DNA of 64,000 nucleotides from an uncultured Lachnospiraceae bacterium (GTDB lineage: Bacteria > Bacillota > Clostridia > Lachnospirales > Lachnospiraceae), in NCBI GenBank assembly GCA_947628225.1, contig CANQYY010000006.1, positions 22,378 to 86,377 on the forward strand, in the 5' to 3' direction. Made by a program: the position numbers and the translations under genes. A model generated the notes under the pieces. It was not told the origin of the DNA. It made no database searches and worked only from the letters and a program-made list of their open reading frames with translations. Shown in pieces: positions 46,336 to 57,277 of this stretch. How positions within the stretch are numbered: the first letter of the stretch is position 1; each line of letters starts with the position of its first letter.

Positions 46336-47310
46336 TTATTTTTCATACGGATGTATTGTCTGAATCGTACCATCTTCATTATAATGAAGCTCTGTATATT
46401 TTACCGTGCGTCTGTGGTTAATCCCCTTAGAAAGCTCACAGTCATGGTAGAATAAATACCACTTGCCATTATACTCCACAATAGAATGGTGGGTTGTCCA
46501 GCCAATTACCGGTTCCAGAATCCGTCCGCGGTATGTAAAGGGACCCTGCGGGTTCTCACTGGTGGCATACACGACATAATGTGTAGTTCCGGTCGAATAG
46601 GACAGATAATACAGTCCCTTGTATTTATGCATCCATGCTCCCTCAAAGAACCGGCAGTCCTCGTTGCCCGCCGTGATCGGCTTGCCCTCTTCATCTAAAA
46701 TAGTAAGATGCATCGGCTCGCCTTTAATGGATTTCATATCATCATTCAGCTCAGCGCACATAGGCCCGATCGCAGGCTCGTCGCCCTTTGGCTTGGGAGC
46801 ATTTTCATCAAAGGAGCCGGATTGCCATTTTTCCAACTGGCCGCCCCAAAGTCCTCCATAATACATATAGGCTCTTCCGTCATCATCCACCAGAACAGCA
46901 GGGTCGATACTGTAGCTTCCCTGAATATAGTCCGGCTCCGGCGTAAAGGGGCCTATGGGGCTTGTGCTGGTAGCAACGCCGATACGGAAAATCCCATCCT
47001 TATCCCTTGCCGGGAAGTATAAATAATAGGTGCCGTTTTTATAGGCGGCATCCGGCGCCCACATCTGCTTGCTTACCCAAGGCACATCCTTCATGTGCAG
47101 CGCTTCGCCGTTGTCGATGCAGGGAGCTTCTAAATTATCCATGAACAGGATATGGTAATCCTCCATACGGTATTCATCCCCCTCGTCATTATCTTCTCCG
47201 TCATGGGCAATGTCATGGGAAGGATATATGTACAGTTTACCGTCAAATACATGTGCCGATGGATCTGCTGTAAAAATATTCGTTACCAGAGGCTCTCTTT
47301 CTTTACTCAT
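46336..47310 (-). CDS. GH43 beta-xylosidase/alpha-arabinofuranosidase
   Basis: ADPSAHVFDG, MWAPD, IDPAV, FFEG, HHSIVE. Confidence 0.93.
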   Translation of the reverse strand: MSKEREPLVTNIFTADPSAHVFDGKLYIYPSHDIAHDGEDNDEGDEYRMEDYHILFMDNLEAPCIDNGEALHMKDVPWVSKQMWAPDAAYKNGTYYLYFPARDKDGIFRIGVATSTSPIGPFTPEPDYIQGSYSIDPAVLVDDDGRAYMYYGGLWGGQLEKWQSGSFDENAPKPKGDEPAIGPMCAELNDDMKSIKGEPMHLTILDEEGKPITAGNEDCRFFEGAWMHKYKGLYYLSYSTGTTHYVVYATSENPQGPFTYRGRILEPVIGWTTHHSIVEYNGKWYLFYHDCELSKGINHRRTVKYTELHYNEDGTIQTIHPYEK

Positions 47311-47373
47311 TATATAACTCCTTTCTGATTTCTGCTTTTCTGATTTTTCCCTTTTTATTTGTTTTCCGTTTCT

Positions 47374-47931
47374 TTAGTAATTTTGGGCGCTCAGCTCAAA
47401 ATAACTCTGCGGATGGCTGCATACCGGGCAAACCTCCGGGGCATTCGTCCCGACGATAATATGCCCACAGTTGCGGCATTCCCAAACCTTCACTTCGCTC
47501 TTTTCAAATACCTGCGCCGTTTCAATATTTTTGAGCAGGGCGCGGTAACGTTCTTCGTGGTGCTTCTCTATCGCCGCCACCATGCGGAATTTATGAGCCA
47601 GTTCCGTAAAACCTTCCTCCTCGGCAGTTTTGGCAAATCCCTCGTACATATCCGTCCACTCATAATTTTCGCCGTCTGCCGCAGCTCTGAGGTTTTCTGT
47701 CGTGCTGCCAATTCCACTCAGTTCTTTTAACCACATCTTGGCATGCTCTTTCTCATTATCCGCTGTTTTTAAAAACAGGGCGGACATCTGCTCATAGCCC
47801 TCTTTTTTTGCTACTGACGCAAAATAAGTATACTTATTTCTGGCCTGTGATTCTCCTGCAAACGCAGCTTCCAGATTTTTTTCTGTCTGCGTTCCGGCAT
47901 ACTTTGATCCTTTTCCTTCGTTTTCCTTCAT
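47374..47931 (-). CDS. rbr: Rubrerythrin
   Basis: [32 protein letters not shown]...CPVCSH. Confidence 0.95.
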   Translation of the reverse strand: MKENEGKGSKYAGTQTEKNLEAAFAGESQARNKYTYFASVAKKEGYEQMSALFLKTADNEKEHAKMWLKELSGIGSTTENLRAAADGENYEWTDMYEGFAKTAEEEGFTELAHKFRMVAAIEKHHEERYRALLKNIETAQVFEKSEVKVWECRNCGHIIVGTNAPEVCPVCSHPQSYFELSAQNY

Positions 47932-48051
47932 AATTAAATTCTCCTTTACTCACAGCAAGCTTAAAACATAATTCTATTATGGTATGGGAAACCTCTTTTG
48001 TCAAGACAAGGCTTTTTTAATTCCCCGGCATCCGCTTCCCTTTTTTCCCTA

Positions 48052-48873
48052 TCAGCCCCTCTTAAAAATTGCCCTGAGATAATTATACATATGCGAACGG
48101 ACGCTATTTTCATCATGTCCCCCGTCAGACACCGTGTGCCATATATGCTCCACGCCGTTCCGGTTTAAAATATCGTGATACAGCGACGGATAATCCACTA
48201 CCACATCATCCCTTTCCCCTGCCGTAAGCAGAAGAAAACAGGGCGTTGTTTCTTCTATTATCAGTTCGCTTTCCTTTAGCTGGCCCGGATGCGCCATATT
48301 AGAATCCGTCGTCGGGGTCAGACCGGGCGCCGGGCATGCCGCGCCGATGTAATAAAATAAATCTGCGCGGGTGATCCCGATAAACAAAGCTTCCCTTCCT
48401 CCCATGGAAAATCCTGTGATCGCCGTATTTTCCCGTCCCGTTTTCACAGAAAACGTACTTTCTATGTAGGGCATCAAATCCGTCGTCAGGTCGTTGATAA
48501 AATTATCGTAATTCCGGCAGTTCTCCGGATCGAGCCCGCTGCAGGTTTCCTGCGTCTTACTTGTATAAAGATAAGGAAATACTACTATCATTTTTTCCGC
48601 CTCGCCGGAATGGATAAGATTTCCCAGCATCTCCCTGACCTTCCCCATATCGGCAAGGGTATCCTCATCTCCCCAGTAACCATGAAGAGCATATAATACC
48701 GGATATTCCCCGCCTTCGGAATATCCGGGTGGGAGCAGGACGTTTACTTTAGTTTCACGCCCTCTGGTAGTTGAATAATATGTGTACTTATTCTGAGTCC
48801 CATAATCCACTCCCGCCGCTTCTTCTGTGATGCCATCTGCGGCATGCTCTTTCATCCAGTTTTTTTTGTCCAT
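48052..48873 (-). CDS. CE1-type alpha/beta hydrolase (feruloyl/acetylxylan esterase-like)
   Basis: VLLPPGY, YPVLYALHG, GFSMGG nucleophile elbow, GGHD. Confidence 0.85.
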   Translation of the reverse strand: MDKKNWMKEHAADGITEEAAGVDYGTQNKYTYYSTTRGRETKVNVLLPPGYSEGGEYPVLYALHGYWGDEDTLADMGKVREMLGNLIHSGEAEKMIVVFPYLYTSKTQETCSGLDPENCRNYDNFINDLTTDLMPYIESTFSVKTGRENTAITGFSMGGREALFIGITRADLFYYIGAACPAPGLTPTTDSNMAHPGQLKESELIIEETTPCFLLLTAGERDDVVVDYPSLYHDILNRNGVEHIWHTVSDGGHDENSVRSHMYNYLRAIFKRG

Positions 48874-48963
48874 CGCACTGATACCTCCTTATAACGAAAA
48901 AGAACAGTCCCCTGCTGCGCAAGCACAGGAAAACTGTTCTCTTTGACACGGCGCGGTTTAGTC

Positions 48964-49905
48964 CTAACGCGCACAGTTATACAATAGGTTTTCCCAACGT
49001 CTGTCCACTTCCTTCTGGAATTGGACGATCAAATCTTCATTGCCTTTTTTAAACAGGTGTTTAAAACGCCCCTGCTCCCGCAGAAAATCTTCAATCGGGA
49101 GTTTTTTCTTCGGCTCATAGGAAAGGCTCCATTTCCCGTTTTCTACCTCAAACAGCGGCCAGTAGCAGGTTTCTACTGCCAGCTTGCATATTTTCATAAT
49201 TTCCGGCGTGTCATACCGCCATCCTCTCGGGCACGGAGTCATAATATTGAGAAAGCAGGCGCCCTCCGTGTAAATTGCTTTCTCCGCTTTGCGGTGCAGA
49301 TCTTTAAAATCCGTGGTAAAGGTAGTCTGCGCCACATAAGGAACGTCATGCTCCGCAATAATGGCGGCCAAATCTTTCCGGTTCTGCATTTTTCCATTGG
49401 ATTTCTTTCCCACCGGAGTCGTAGTGGTATCCGCATACATCGGGGTGGCGGAGGAACGCTGGATACCGGTATTCATATAGGCTCCGTTATCGTAGCAGAC
49501 ATATACCATGTCATGTCCCCGCTCCATGGCGCCGGAAAGGGACTGGAAACCAATGTCATAGGTTCCGCCATCTCCTCCGAAGGTAATAAATTTAAAGGTT
49601 TCTTCTTCCGGTAATTTACCGCGTTTTTTCAAAACTCTATAGGCAGTTTCCACTCCGCTTAAAGTAGCTCCCGCATTTTCAAAAGCATTATGTATATAGC
49701 TGTCCTCCCACGCTGTATAGGGGTACATATAGGAAGATACCTCCAGACATCCTGTGGCATTGCCCACAACAGCATGGTCATTTTCATGGAGTGCGCGAAG
49801 CACGGCGCGGACAGCTATGGTAGCGCCGCAGCCGGCGCACATACGATGTCCCGGCGCCAGCCGCTCCGGCTTTTCCATCATGGTTTTTAAACTGTAATCA
49901 CTCAT
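48964..49905 (-). CDS. porB: Pyruvate:ferredoxin oxidoreductase beta subunit
   Basis: PGHRMCAGC, ATGCLEV, GGDGGTYDIG...YDNGAYMNTG, PCPRGW. Confidence 0.95.
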   Translation of the reverse strand: MSDYSLKTMMEKPERLAPGHRMCAGCGATIAVRAVLRALHENDHAVVGNATGCLEVSSYMYPYTAWEDSYIHNAFENAGATLSGVETAYRVLKKRGKLPEEETFKFITFGGDGGTYDIGFQSLSGAMERGHDMVYVCYDNGAYMNTGIQRSSATPMYADTTTTPVGKKSNGKMQNRKDLAAIIAEHDVPYVAQTTFTTDFKDLHRKAEKAIYTEGACFLNIMTPCPRGWRYDTPEIMKICKLAVETCYWPLFEVENGKWSLSYEPKKKLPIEDFLREQGRFKHLFKKGNEDLIVQFQKEVDRRWENLLYNCAR

Positions 49906-49922
49906 AATTCAAGTTATCTCCT

Positions 49923-51104
49923 CTATTTGCGTAATCTGATATACCGATACGGTTCGACTTCTTTTCCATTCTCTATCATATTTTCCAGCTCGGCAAAAAT
50001 TTCCGTTACATCGCTGATGGTAAAATCACGTCCGCCAAGGCCGTAAATGTAATTGACCGCCTCTATCATTACCTTGCTGTCAAACAGCGCCGCCCGCACT
50101 TCACTTCCCAGCGGACCGCCATTTCCGTTATAGCTCTCACAGCGGTCAAGAATTGCCACTGCCTTGCAGTTTTTCAGCGCCGCAGCAATTTCCTTTGCCG
50201 GAAACGGACGGAATACCCGGAGTTTCAGTACTCCCACTTTTTTACCCTGTTCCCGTAACTCATCTACCGCCTGCTTTGCCGTACCGGCGGCAGAACCCAT
50301 AATCAGCATAATATAATCGGCATCCTCTGTCCGATATTCTTCAAACAAGCCGTATTCCCTGCCTGCTGCCCGGGCAAACTTCTTCGCCACCTCCAGAATA
50401 ACTTCCTTGGAATTTTCCATGGCAATCTCCTGATTTTTTTTCGCCTCCATAGCATAACTGGTAACAGAATACGGACCTACCGCAATGGGCTTGCCCGGAT
50501 TTAGCAGATATTCTTCCGGCTCGTAGCTGCCCACAAAATCCTTTACAAGATTATCTTCCAACAGTTCAATATTTTCCACGGCATGACTGGTAATAAAACC
50601 ATCCTGACAAATCATTACCGGAAGATGCACCCTCGCATCCTCTGCAATAGGATATGCCTGAATGAAATTGTCATATGCCTCCTGATTATTTTCCGCATAG
50701 ATCTGGATCCATCCGGTATCTCTGGCTCCCATGCCGTCGGAATGGTCGCAGTTAATATTAATGGGACCGGAAAGAGTACGGTTTACTAATGCCAATACCA
50801 AAGGCAGCCGGTTTGACGCCGCCAGTAAAAGCTCCTCCCACATTAACGCCAGCCCTGCTGAAGATGTGGCAGTCAGGCTTCTGGCGCCTGCCGCCTCGGC
50901 TCCAATGGTGGCGCTCATGGCGGAATGTTCGCTCTCTACCGGAATAAATTCCGTATCAATTTCCCCATTGGCAATATAGGTCGATACCATCTGGGGGATC
51001 TCCGTGGACGGGGTAATGGGAAATGCGGGCATGACATCCGGATTTATCTGCCGGATCGCATAAGACACCGCCTCATTTCCTGACATACGTTCTTTAATCG
51101 CCAT
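49923..51104 (-). CDS. porA: Pyruvate:ferredoxin oxidoreductase alpha subunit
   Basis: AFPITPST, ESEHSAMS, DGFITSH, LRVFRPFP, YGLGGRD. Confidence 0.95.
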   Translation of the reverse strand: MAIKERMSGNEAVSYAIRQINPDVMPAFPITPSTEIPQMVSTYIANGEIDTEFIPVESEHSAMSATIGAEAAGARSLTATSSAGLALMWEELLLAASNRLPLVLALVNRTLSGPININCDHSDGMGARDTGWIQIYAENNQEAYDNFIQAYPIAEDARVHLPVMICQDGFITSHAVENIELLEDNLVKDFVGSYEPEEYLLNPGKPIAVGPYSVTSYAMEAKKNQEIAMENSKEVILEVAKKFARAAGREYGLFEEYRTEDADYIMLIMGSAAGTAKQAVDELREQGKKVGVLKLRVFRPFPAKEIAAALKNCKAVAILDRCESYNGNGGPLGSEVRAALFDSKVMIEAVNYIYGLGGRDFTISDVTEIFAELENMIENGKEVEPYRYIRLRK

Positions 51105-51418
51105 TATTCATTCCCCTCCTTCATCTCAATGGCACCGAAAGGACATACGCTGGCGCAGATGCCGCAGCCTTTACAGTGGTCATAGTCAAAATCCAGACGC
51201 TTTCCCTTCTTTACCGGGATACTGCTATCCGGGCAGACGGGCGCGCACAACAGGCACTGCTTACATTTGTCTGCTAAAAATACCGGTGTGTTCGTCCTCC
51301 ACTCGCCGGTATGGAAAAGGCGGGAGGTTCCGCCTGCAAACATCATCAGGCCTTCCGTCAGCTGATGGTGAGGGGTTGTTTCATTTATGTTGGTAATATC
51401 TGTTCTCATGTTCTCCAT
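51104..51418 (-). CDS. porD: Pyruvate:ferredoxin oxidoreductase delta subunit
   Basis: TGEWRT; CKQCLLCAPVCP and CKGCGICASVCP. Confidence 0.95.
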   Translation of the reverse strand: MENMRTDITNINETTPHHQLTEGLMMFAGGTSRLFHTGEWRTNTPVFLADKCKQCLLCAPVCPDSSIPVKKGKRLDFDYDHCKGCGICASVCPFGAIEMKEGNE

Positions 51419-51452
51419 TCTCCTGTATTCTGTGACTTATTTGCAATAAAAT

Positions 51453-52064
51453 TCAGGCGGAAAGCCGTTTTTCTTTATCTTCCTGCAATACCTTTTCCAC
51501 CACGTCAAAGGTCATTTCCAATGCCTTCATATTGCCGTCAATAACCTCCGGCTTTTTAGCAAACTTGTGCTGATAGGACGCTTTCATCTCATGGATAAAT
51601 TTTTTCCTTGGCATAATGCCGCTGACCGCAACGGTGGCAGCCAGCATCGGGGAATTCGGGAAATTTTTTCCCAGCGTATCCACCGAAATCTTTCTGGCGT
51701 CCACGCTATATACCCGTCCCTCATAACCGCCCAGACGCTTTGCGATCTCTTCTCTGGGCTTCGATGTATTTACAATAATAGCGCCGGTTTTTTTCAACCC
51801 TGCCGTAACATCCACAGAGTCCAACAGCGTTTCATCTACTACTACAACATAATCCGGATGATATATATTGGAATGAACCCGGATTTTATCAGGGCTGATA
51901 CGATTGTACGCCGTAATCGGCGCTCCCATACGCTCCGGGCCATATTCCGGAAAGCCCTGTACATTCTGCCCTGTCTGAAAAGCAACATCTGCTAATAACA
52001 GCGCCGCCGTTTTCGCTCCCTGGCCTCCTCTGCCATGCCATCTGATCTCAATTCCGTTCTTCAT
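51453..52064 (-). CDS. porC: Pyruvate:ferredoxin oxidoreductase gamma subunit
   Basis: EIRWHGRGGQGAKTA, PEYGPERMGAP. Confidence 0.95.
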   Translation of the reverse strand: MKNGIEIRWHGRGGQGAKTAALLLADVAFQTGQNVQGFPEYGPERMGAPITAYNRISPDKIRVHSNIYHPDYVVVVDETLLDSVDVTAGLKKTGAIIVNTSKPREEIAKRLGGYEGRVYSVDARKISVDTLGKNFPNSPMLAATVAVSGIMPRKKFIHEMKASYQHKFAKKPEVIDGNMKALEMTFDVVEKVLQEDKEKRLSA

Positions 52065-52279
52065 GACGATCCTCCCTTATATTTCCACGTTTTTTTACTT
52101 TATCCAGTCTATTCTATTATAGCGGAGAAAAAGAAAAAGTAAAGCGAAAATGTATAATTTGTTTCATTTTTAAGATGAATTATTTTCACTTAATAAATTT
52201 TTCAGCTATTGCTTTTTTCCCTCAACATTGTATAATAGGGGTAAAAACGGCTGTATAAACGGCGGAACGGAGAACTTCA

Positions 52280-53386
52280 TTGATAAGACGCTTTTATGTT
52301 CGTACCGGTTCCCTGAAAGAGGGAATGAGGATTGACCAGGCAATAAAAGACCGCCTTGACCGCACGTTGATCGCCCGGGGCACCCCGTTAGATAGTTATT
52401 TAATTGACGGTTTAAAAAAGAGGGGGATTCCCGGGGTCTATATCCGCGAGGGAGAGGAAGAAGTAACGCAGGACAAACAGGAAGAAGCAGTCCTGCCTCC
52501 TGTCGTGCGCCATAATATTGAAAAACTGCGAACCCAAGACCCGGCGAAGGTAACGCTTTCTGAGAGTGTAAAAAAGAGAGTTTCCGAGGGGATTCAGTAC
52601 TTATATAATAATTCTGACACAAAAGAGTTTGCCGATACTACCAGCAAAATTACCAATGATCTAATGAAGGCGATTAACGACAATGAAGCCCTTGCCGTTG
52701 ATATTAGCGTGCTGAAGACCAGTGATGAGTACACCTTTAAGCACAGCGTGGATGTCGCAACGATGTCTATGATTATTGCGAAAAAACAGGGGCTTTCCCA
52801 AAAGGATATATACAATATCGGCATTGCGGGACTTCTTCACGATATGGGAAAATCGAAAATTCCTCCGGAAATCTTAAATAAACCGGGGCGGTTAAATGAA
52901 GAGGAATTTGCCATTATGAAGCAGCATTCCTCCCTGGGATATGAGATATTAAAGGATAAGGAAGAATTTTCCGACGCCATTTCCCTTGCCGTTTTACAGC
53001 ATCACGAGAAAATGAACGGAACGGGATATCCTCTGGGATGTTCCGCCGATAAGATTATCCACTATGCAAAAATAATTTCGGTAGCTGATGTCTATGATGC
53101 CCTTGTCACGGAACGTCCTTATAAAAAATCCTTTTCCCAGCGCACAGCGGTGGAAATGATCATGTCTATGACAGAGGAACTGGATATTACCGCTATGAGA
53201 AGTTTTCTCGGCAGCGTGATTTTGTATCCGGTAGACTCCACCGTAGAGCTCAGTAACGGCGAAAAAGCGCGGGTGGTAAAAAATGAGGCGAACTCTGTCC
53301 TCCGCCCTGTCGTCGTCGGCCTGACCTCCGGGAAAGTCTACGATTTAGCAAACGATTTATCCTGCGCCAATATTCTGATTCTGTAA
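52280..53386 (+). CDS. HD-GYP cyclic-dinucleotide phosphodiesterase
   Basis: YTFKHSVDV, LLHDMGK, HHEKMNGTGYP, VADVYDAL. Confidence 0.93.
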   Translation: MIRRFYVRTGSLKEGMRIDQAIKDRLDRTLIARGTPLDSYLIDGLKKRGIPGVYIREGEEEVTQDKQEEAVLPPVVRHNIEKLRTQDPAKVTLSESVKKRVSEGIQYLYNNSDTKEFADTTSKITNDLMKAINDNEALAVDISVLKTSDEYTFKHSVDVATMSMIIAKKQGLSQKDIYNIGIAGLLHDMGKSKIPPEILNKPGRLNEEEFAIMKQHSSLGYEILKDKEEFSDAISLAVLQHHEKMNGTGYPLGCSADKIIHYAKIISVADVYDALVTERPYKKSFSQRTAVEMIMSMTEELDITAMRSFLGSVILYPVDSTVELSNGEKARVVKNEANSVLRPVVVGLTSGKVYDLANDLSCANILIL

Positions 53387-53403
53387 AGACCGTATTTTTT
53401 CTG

Positions 53404-53904
53404 TTAATAAGAAATCTCCGTAACCCCGTCCTCTATCAGATATGGCATCTCCTCATGTATTTCAAGCCCGGCGGCAATTTGTCCGGTATCCATTTTTATG
53501 TACTTAATTTCCCCATTTGCCAAAAGCTCGCCACGGCTATTCATAAGACAGGCATCTGTCACGATAAATTTCGGGGTTTCTTTTATTATAATCCCTCTGC
53601 CGATTAATTCTTCTTCATAGGGAACCGGCTTGCGGTATTTCGTATTCAGCGACAGCGTCACTCCAAATTTTTCCTCTGTCAGCTCCTTTGCCCACAGGGA
53701 GCGAAGCCCCATCTCATCCAGCATTGCCGTGATAAGGCCGCCATGTACCCTTCCCGGATAACTTTGGTGCTGCTTTTTAAAATGGAACAGAGTCATTACG
53801 CTTCCATCCTCCATATTGTAAAAGGGCGCGTTTACGCCATATTCATTATCCAGACCGCATATCATACACATCCTGCTGTTTCTCTGCTTGCTGATTACCT
53901 TCAT
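53404..53904 (-). CDS. PaaI/hot-dog thioesterase
   Basis: CMICG..N, YPGRVHGGLITAMLDE. Confidence 0.88.
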   Translation of the reverse strand: MKVISKQRNSRMCMICGLDNEYGVNAPFYNMEDGSVMTLFHFKKQHQSYPGRVHGGLITAMLDEMGLRSLWAKELTEEKFGVTLSLNTKYRKPVPYEEELIGRGIIIKETPKFIVTDACLMNSRGELLANGEIKYIKMDTGQIAAGLEIHEEMPYLIEDGVTEISY

Positions 53905-53978
53905 TTTCTCATCCTTTCGCTTTCCTTTTAATGAAATTAAGACCCTCCGTCTGCACGGAAGGTCCTTTTTCTTTTTCC

Positions 53979-54320
53979 CTACTCCAACGACATGGCGTAA
54001 TCGTTTATAACATAATCCATAATGGAGGCTGCCCCGACAATCTCACAGCCGTATACATAGTAGTCGTCTGACTTCTGCTGCCGGATAATCCGGACAACGC
54101 AGTTGAGCGTGTCGTTCTCCCCCAATACCAGCCTTGCGTTAAAATAATAGCCAATCGGCAGGACGCTTTTGCTGCGGAAACCAATCCCCGCTTTCGACAC
54201 ATCAATGACCTCTATCGGCGCATTGATATTTTCCACTTTTACGTTATCCTGCTTAAACAAAGTGGAGATTTCCAGTTCCAGCCTCGCCGGCCAGCGTTTT
54301 TCCCTTCTCATTTCAATCAT
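53979..54320 (-). CDS. PilZ-domain c-di-GMP receptor
   Basis: RREKR (RxxxR) and DVSKAG (DxSxxG). Confidence 0.88.
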   Translation of the reverse strand: MIEMRREKRWPARLELEISTLFKQDNVKVENINAPIEVIDVSKAGIGFRSKSVLPIGYYFNARLVLGENDTLNCVVRIIRQQKSDDYYVYGCEIVGAASIMDYVINDYAMSLE

Positions 54321-54373
54321 GCTTTCACTTCTCCTTTTTTTGCAGCTGCCCCCGTTTTATCCAAATCTGACTT

Positions 54374-55807
54374 TTACTGCAACAGCTCCTGTAATATTTT
54401 GTTTACCATTCCGGGGTCTGCCTTCCCCTGCATGGCTTTCATCGTCTGTCCTACTAAAAAGCCTATTGCCTTTTTCTTTCCCGCCTGATAATCTGCTACG
54501 GATTGAGGATTATCTGCCACTATTTTTTCAATCGTTTCACGCAGGGCTCCCTCATCATTTACGGTTCCAAGACTATTATCCTCTACAAACTTCTCCACGT
54601 CAATATTTTCTTTGAACATTTTTTCAAAAACTTCTTTTGCCACCGTAGAGTTAATCCTTCCCGTTTCTGTCATTTCAATCAGTTTGGCAAGCTGCTCCGG
54701 CGTAAAGATAATATCCTCCGGCTCCATTTCCTGCTCCTTTAGAAGGCGCATGGTTTCTCCCATCAGCCAGTTTGAAACCTTTTTCGGATTGGGGCAGAGG
54801 GCAACCGTTTCCTCAAAAAGATCTGCCATCTTTTTACTGGCGGTAATAATGGAAATATCATATTCCGGAATATCATACTCTTCTTTATAGCGTTTTGCCT
54901 TTTCCTCCTGAAATTCCGGCTGGCGGTCTTTTATCTGCCGGATCCACTCGTCGCTAATGACAATCGGCGTCAGATCCGGGTCCGGGAAATAGCGGTAATC
55001 CTGAGCATCCTCCTTAAAACGCATCGCATAGGAATATTCTTTATTATCATCCCATCTGCGGGTTTCCTGTATGACTTCGCCCCCATCTTCCAGCACTTCA
55101 ATCTGACGTTCCCGTTCTCCCTCTATGGCTCTGGCGATTGCCTTAAAGGAATTTAAGTTTTTCATCTCCGTGCGGGTTCCGTATTTGGACGCCCCCGCCT
55201 CCCTGACGGACAGGTTCACATCGGCGCGCATGGAGCCCTCGTTTAATTTACAGTCTGACGCCCCCAGATATTGAATGGTTGTGCGGAGTTTTTCCAGATA
55301 AGCAATCACCTCATCAGCGCTTCTCATATCCGGCTCCGACACGATTTCAATAAGGGGTACGCCGGAGCGGTTATAATCTACCAGCGAACAGTCGGCCCAC
55401 TCATCATGTACAAGTTTTCCGGCATCCTCCTCCATATGAATCTCATGGATGCCCACCTTCTTTTTGCCTCCCGCCGTTTCGATTTCCACACTGCCGTTAA
55501 TACAGATTGGCAGATATAGCTGGGATATCTGGTAGTTTTGAGGGTTATCCGGATAAAAATAATTTTTTCTGTCAAATTTACAATATTGGTTTATCTTACA
55601 ATTCAATGCCAGTCCCACTGCCATGGCATACTCCGCCACCTGTTTATTTAAAACGGGAAGAGAGCCCGGCATCCCGGTACAGACGGGACAGGTATGGGTA
55701 TTAGGCGCCCCGCCAAAGGCTGTAGAGCAGCCGCAGAATATTTTTGTCTTTGTCGCCAGCTCCACATGAACTTCCAGTCCGATTACCGTTTCATATTGCT
55801 TTGCCAT
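54374..55807 (-). CDS. gatB: Asp/Glu-tRNA amidotransferase subunit B
   Basis: VIGLEVHVEL, RKNYFYPD, HMEEDAGK, YRYFPDPD; start MAKQ at 55807. Confidence 0.97.
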   Translation of the reverse strand: MAKQYETVIGLEVHVELATKTKIFCGCSTAFGGAPNTHTCPVCTGMPGSLPVLNKQVAEYAMAVGLALNCKINQYCKFDRKNYFYPDNPQNYQISQLYLPICINGSVEIETAGGKKKVGIHEIHMEEDAGKLVHDEWADCSLVDYNRSGVPLIEIVSEPDMRSADEVIAYLEKLRTTIQYLGASDCKLNEGSMRADVNLSVREAGASKYGTRTEMKNLNSFKAIARAIEGERERQIEVLEDGGEVIQETRRWDDNKEYSYAMRFKEDAQDYRYFPDPDLTPIVISDEWIRQIKDRQPEFQEEKAKRYKEEYDIPEYDISIITASKKMADLFEETVALCPNPKKVSNWLMGETMRLLKEQEMEPEDIIFTPEQLAKLIEMTETGRINSTVAKEVFEKMFKENIDVEKFVEDNSLGTVNDEGALRETIEKIVADNPQSVADYQAGKKKAIGFLVGQTMKAMQGKADPGMVNKILQELLQ

Positions 55808-55808
55808 C

Positions 55809-57266
55809 TTATTCTCCTCCCTTCTCTCTGCTCTGTTCATAGGTATAGGCTGCCCGGATGATTTCCTTTTCCCGGAAGCAATCCCCTATCAACTGCATCC
55901 CGATCGGCAGACCTTTTTTGTCTTTTCCGCAGGGAACAGTGATTCCCGGCAGTCCCGCCAGATTTACCGATATGGTATAAATATCGCCCAGATACATTTT
56001 TATCGGGTCGCTGAGGCTGTCCCCGATTTTGGGCGCCGTGGTAGGAGCCGCCGGGGATATAATGACATCATACCGGGAGAATGCCTGATCAAATGCCTGT
56101 TTTATCAATGCTTTCGTCCGCAGCGCTTTCAAATAATAGGCGTCATAATAGCCGCTGCTGAGAACGAAAGAGCCTAACATGATCCTTCGTTTTACTTCCG
56201 CTCCGAAGCCCTCGGAACGGGTTTTTTTGTACATATTATGAAGACCCTCATACTCCCCGGTGCGATAGCCGTATTTTACCCCGTCAAAACGGGACAGATT
56301 CGAGCTCGCTTCTGCCGAGGCAATGACATAATATGCGGGAATAGCGTAATCCACCAGACTCAAATCAAATTCCTCTAAAACAGCGCCTTTGCTCTCCAGC
56401 GCCTTCGCCGCTTTCAGGATTGCCTCCCGAACCTCCGGATTTAACCCCTCTCCGAAATAATCTCTGGGGATTCCGATTTTCATTCCCTTTACCTCTTCTT
56501 TTAATGCGGAGGTAAAGTCCGTATCCTCCCTTGCTACTGATGTACTGTCCTTCTTATCGTGGGAGGAGATAACCTCTAAAATTGCAGCACAGTCTGTCAC
56601 ATCCTTTGCCACCGGTCCTATCTGATCCAGGGAGGAGCCATAGGCAATCAAGCCATAGCGGGATACCGTCCCGTAGGTTGGTTTCATTCCGGTCACGCCG
56701 CAGAAGGAGCTCGGCTGGCGAATGGAGCCGCCGGTATCGGAACCAAGGGCAAAGGAACATTCCCCCGCTGCCACTGCCGCACAGGAGCCGCCAGAGGAGC
56801 CGCCCGGCACATGCTCAGTATTGTGGGGATTTCTTGTTATCCCGTAAGCGGAGGTTTCCGTCGTGCTTCCCATGGCAAACTCATCCATGTTTGTCTTTCC
56901 TATCATAATGGCTCCCGCTTTTTCCAGATTCCTTACCGCTTCCGCCGTAAAAGTCGGTTTGAAGTTGCAAAGAATTTTGGAGCTGCAGGTAGTCAAAATC
57001 CCTTCGGTACACATATTGTCCTTTATTGCTACCGGCACCCCGGCAAGAGGGCCGTTCAGCGTTCCCGCTTCTATCTGCTTTTGTACCTCTTTCGCCCGCG
57101 TCATTACGGTATCTTCATCTAAGACCGTTACATAGCTGTTTATCGTTTTATCTACTTCTTTTATTTTATCCAGCGCCGCCTTTGCCGCCTCCATCGCCGT
57201 AACCTCTCCGGCTCTGATTTTTTTCCCAAGCTCCACGGCAGTTAAACTCATAATATCCATTTTCAT
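55809..57266 (-). CDS. gatA: Asp/Glu-tRNA amidotransferase subunit A
   Basis: KDN, GKTNMDEFAMGS, GGSSGGS, GSDTGGSIRQP. Confidence 0.97.
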   Translation of the reverse strand: MKMDIMSLTAVELGKKIRAGEVTAMEAAKAALDKIKEVDKTINSYVTVLDEDTVMTRAKEVQKQIEAGTLNGPLAGVPVAIKDNMCTEGILTTCSSKILCNFKPTFTAEAVRNLEKAGAIMIGKTNMDEFAMGSTTETSAYGITRNPHNTEHVPGGSSGGSCAAVAAGECSFALGSDTGGSIRQPSSFCGVTGMKPTYGTVSRYGLIAYGSSLDQIGPVAKDVTDCAAILEVISSHDKKDSTSVAREDTDFTSALKEEVKGMKIGIPRDYFGEGLNPEVREAILKAAKALESKGAVLEEFDLSLVDYAIPAYYVIASAEASSNLSRFDGVKYGYRTGEYEGLHNMYKKTRSEGFGAEVKRRIMLGSFVLSSGYYDAYYLKALRTKALIKQAFDQAFSRYDVIISPAAPTTAPKIGDSLSDPIKMYLGDIYTISVNLAGLPGITVPCGKDKKGLPIGMQLIGDCFREKEIIRAAYTYEQSREKGGE

Positions 57267-57277
57267 CCTGCCCCCTT

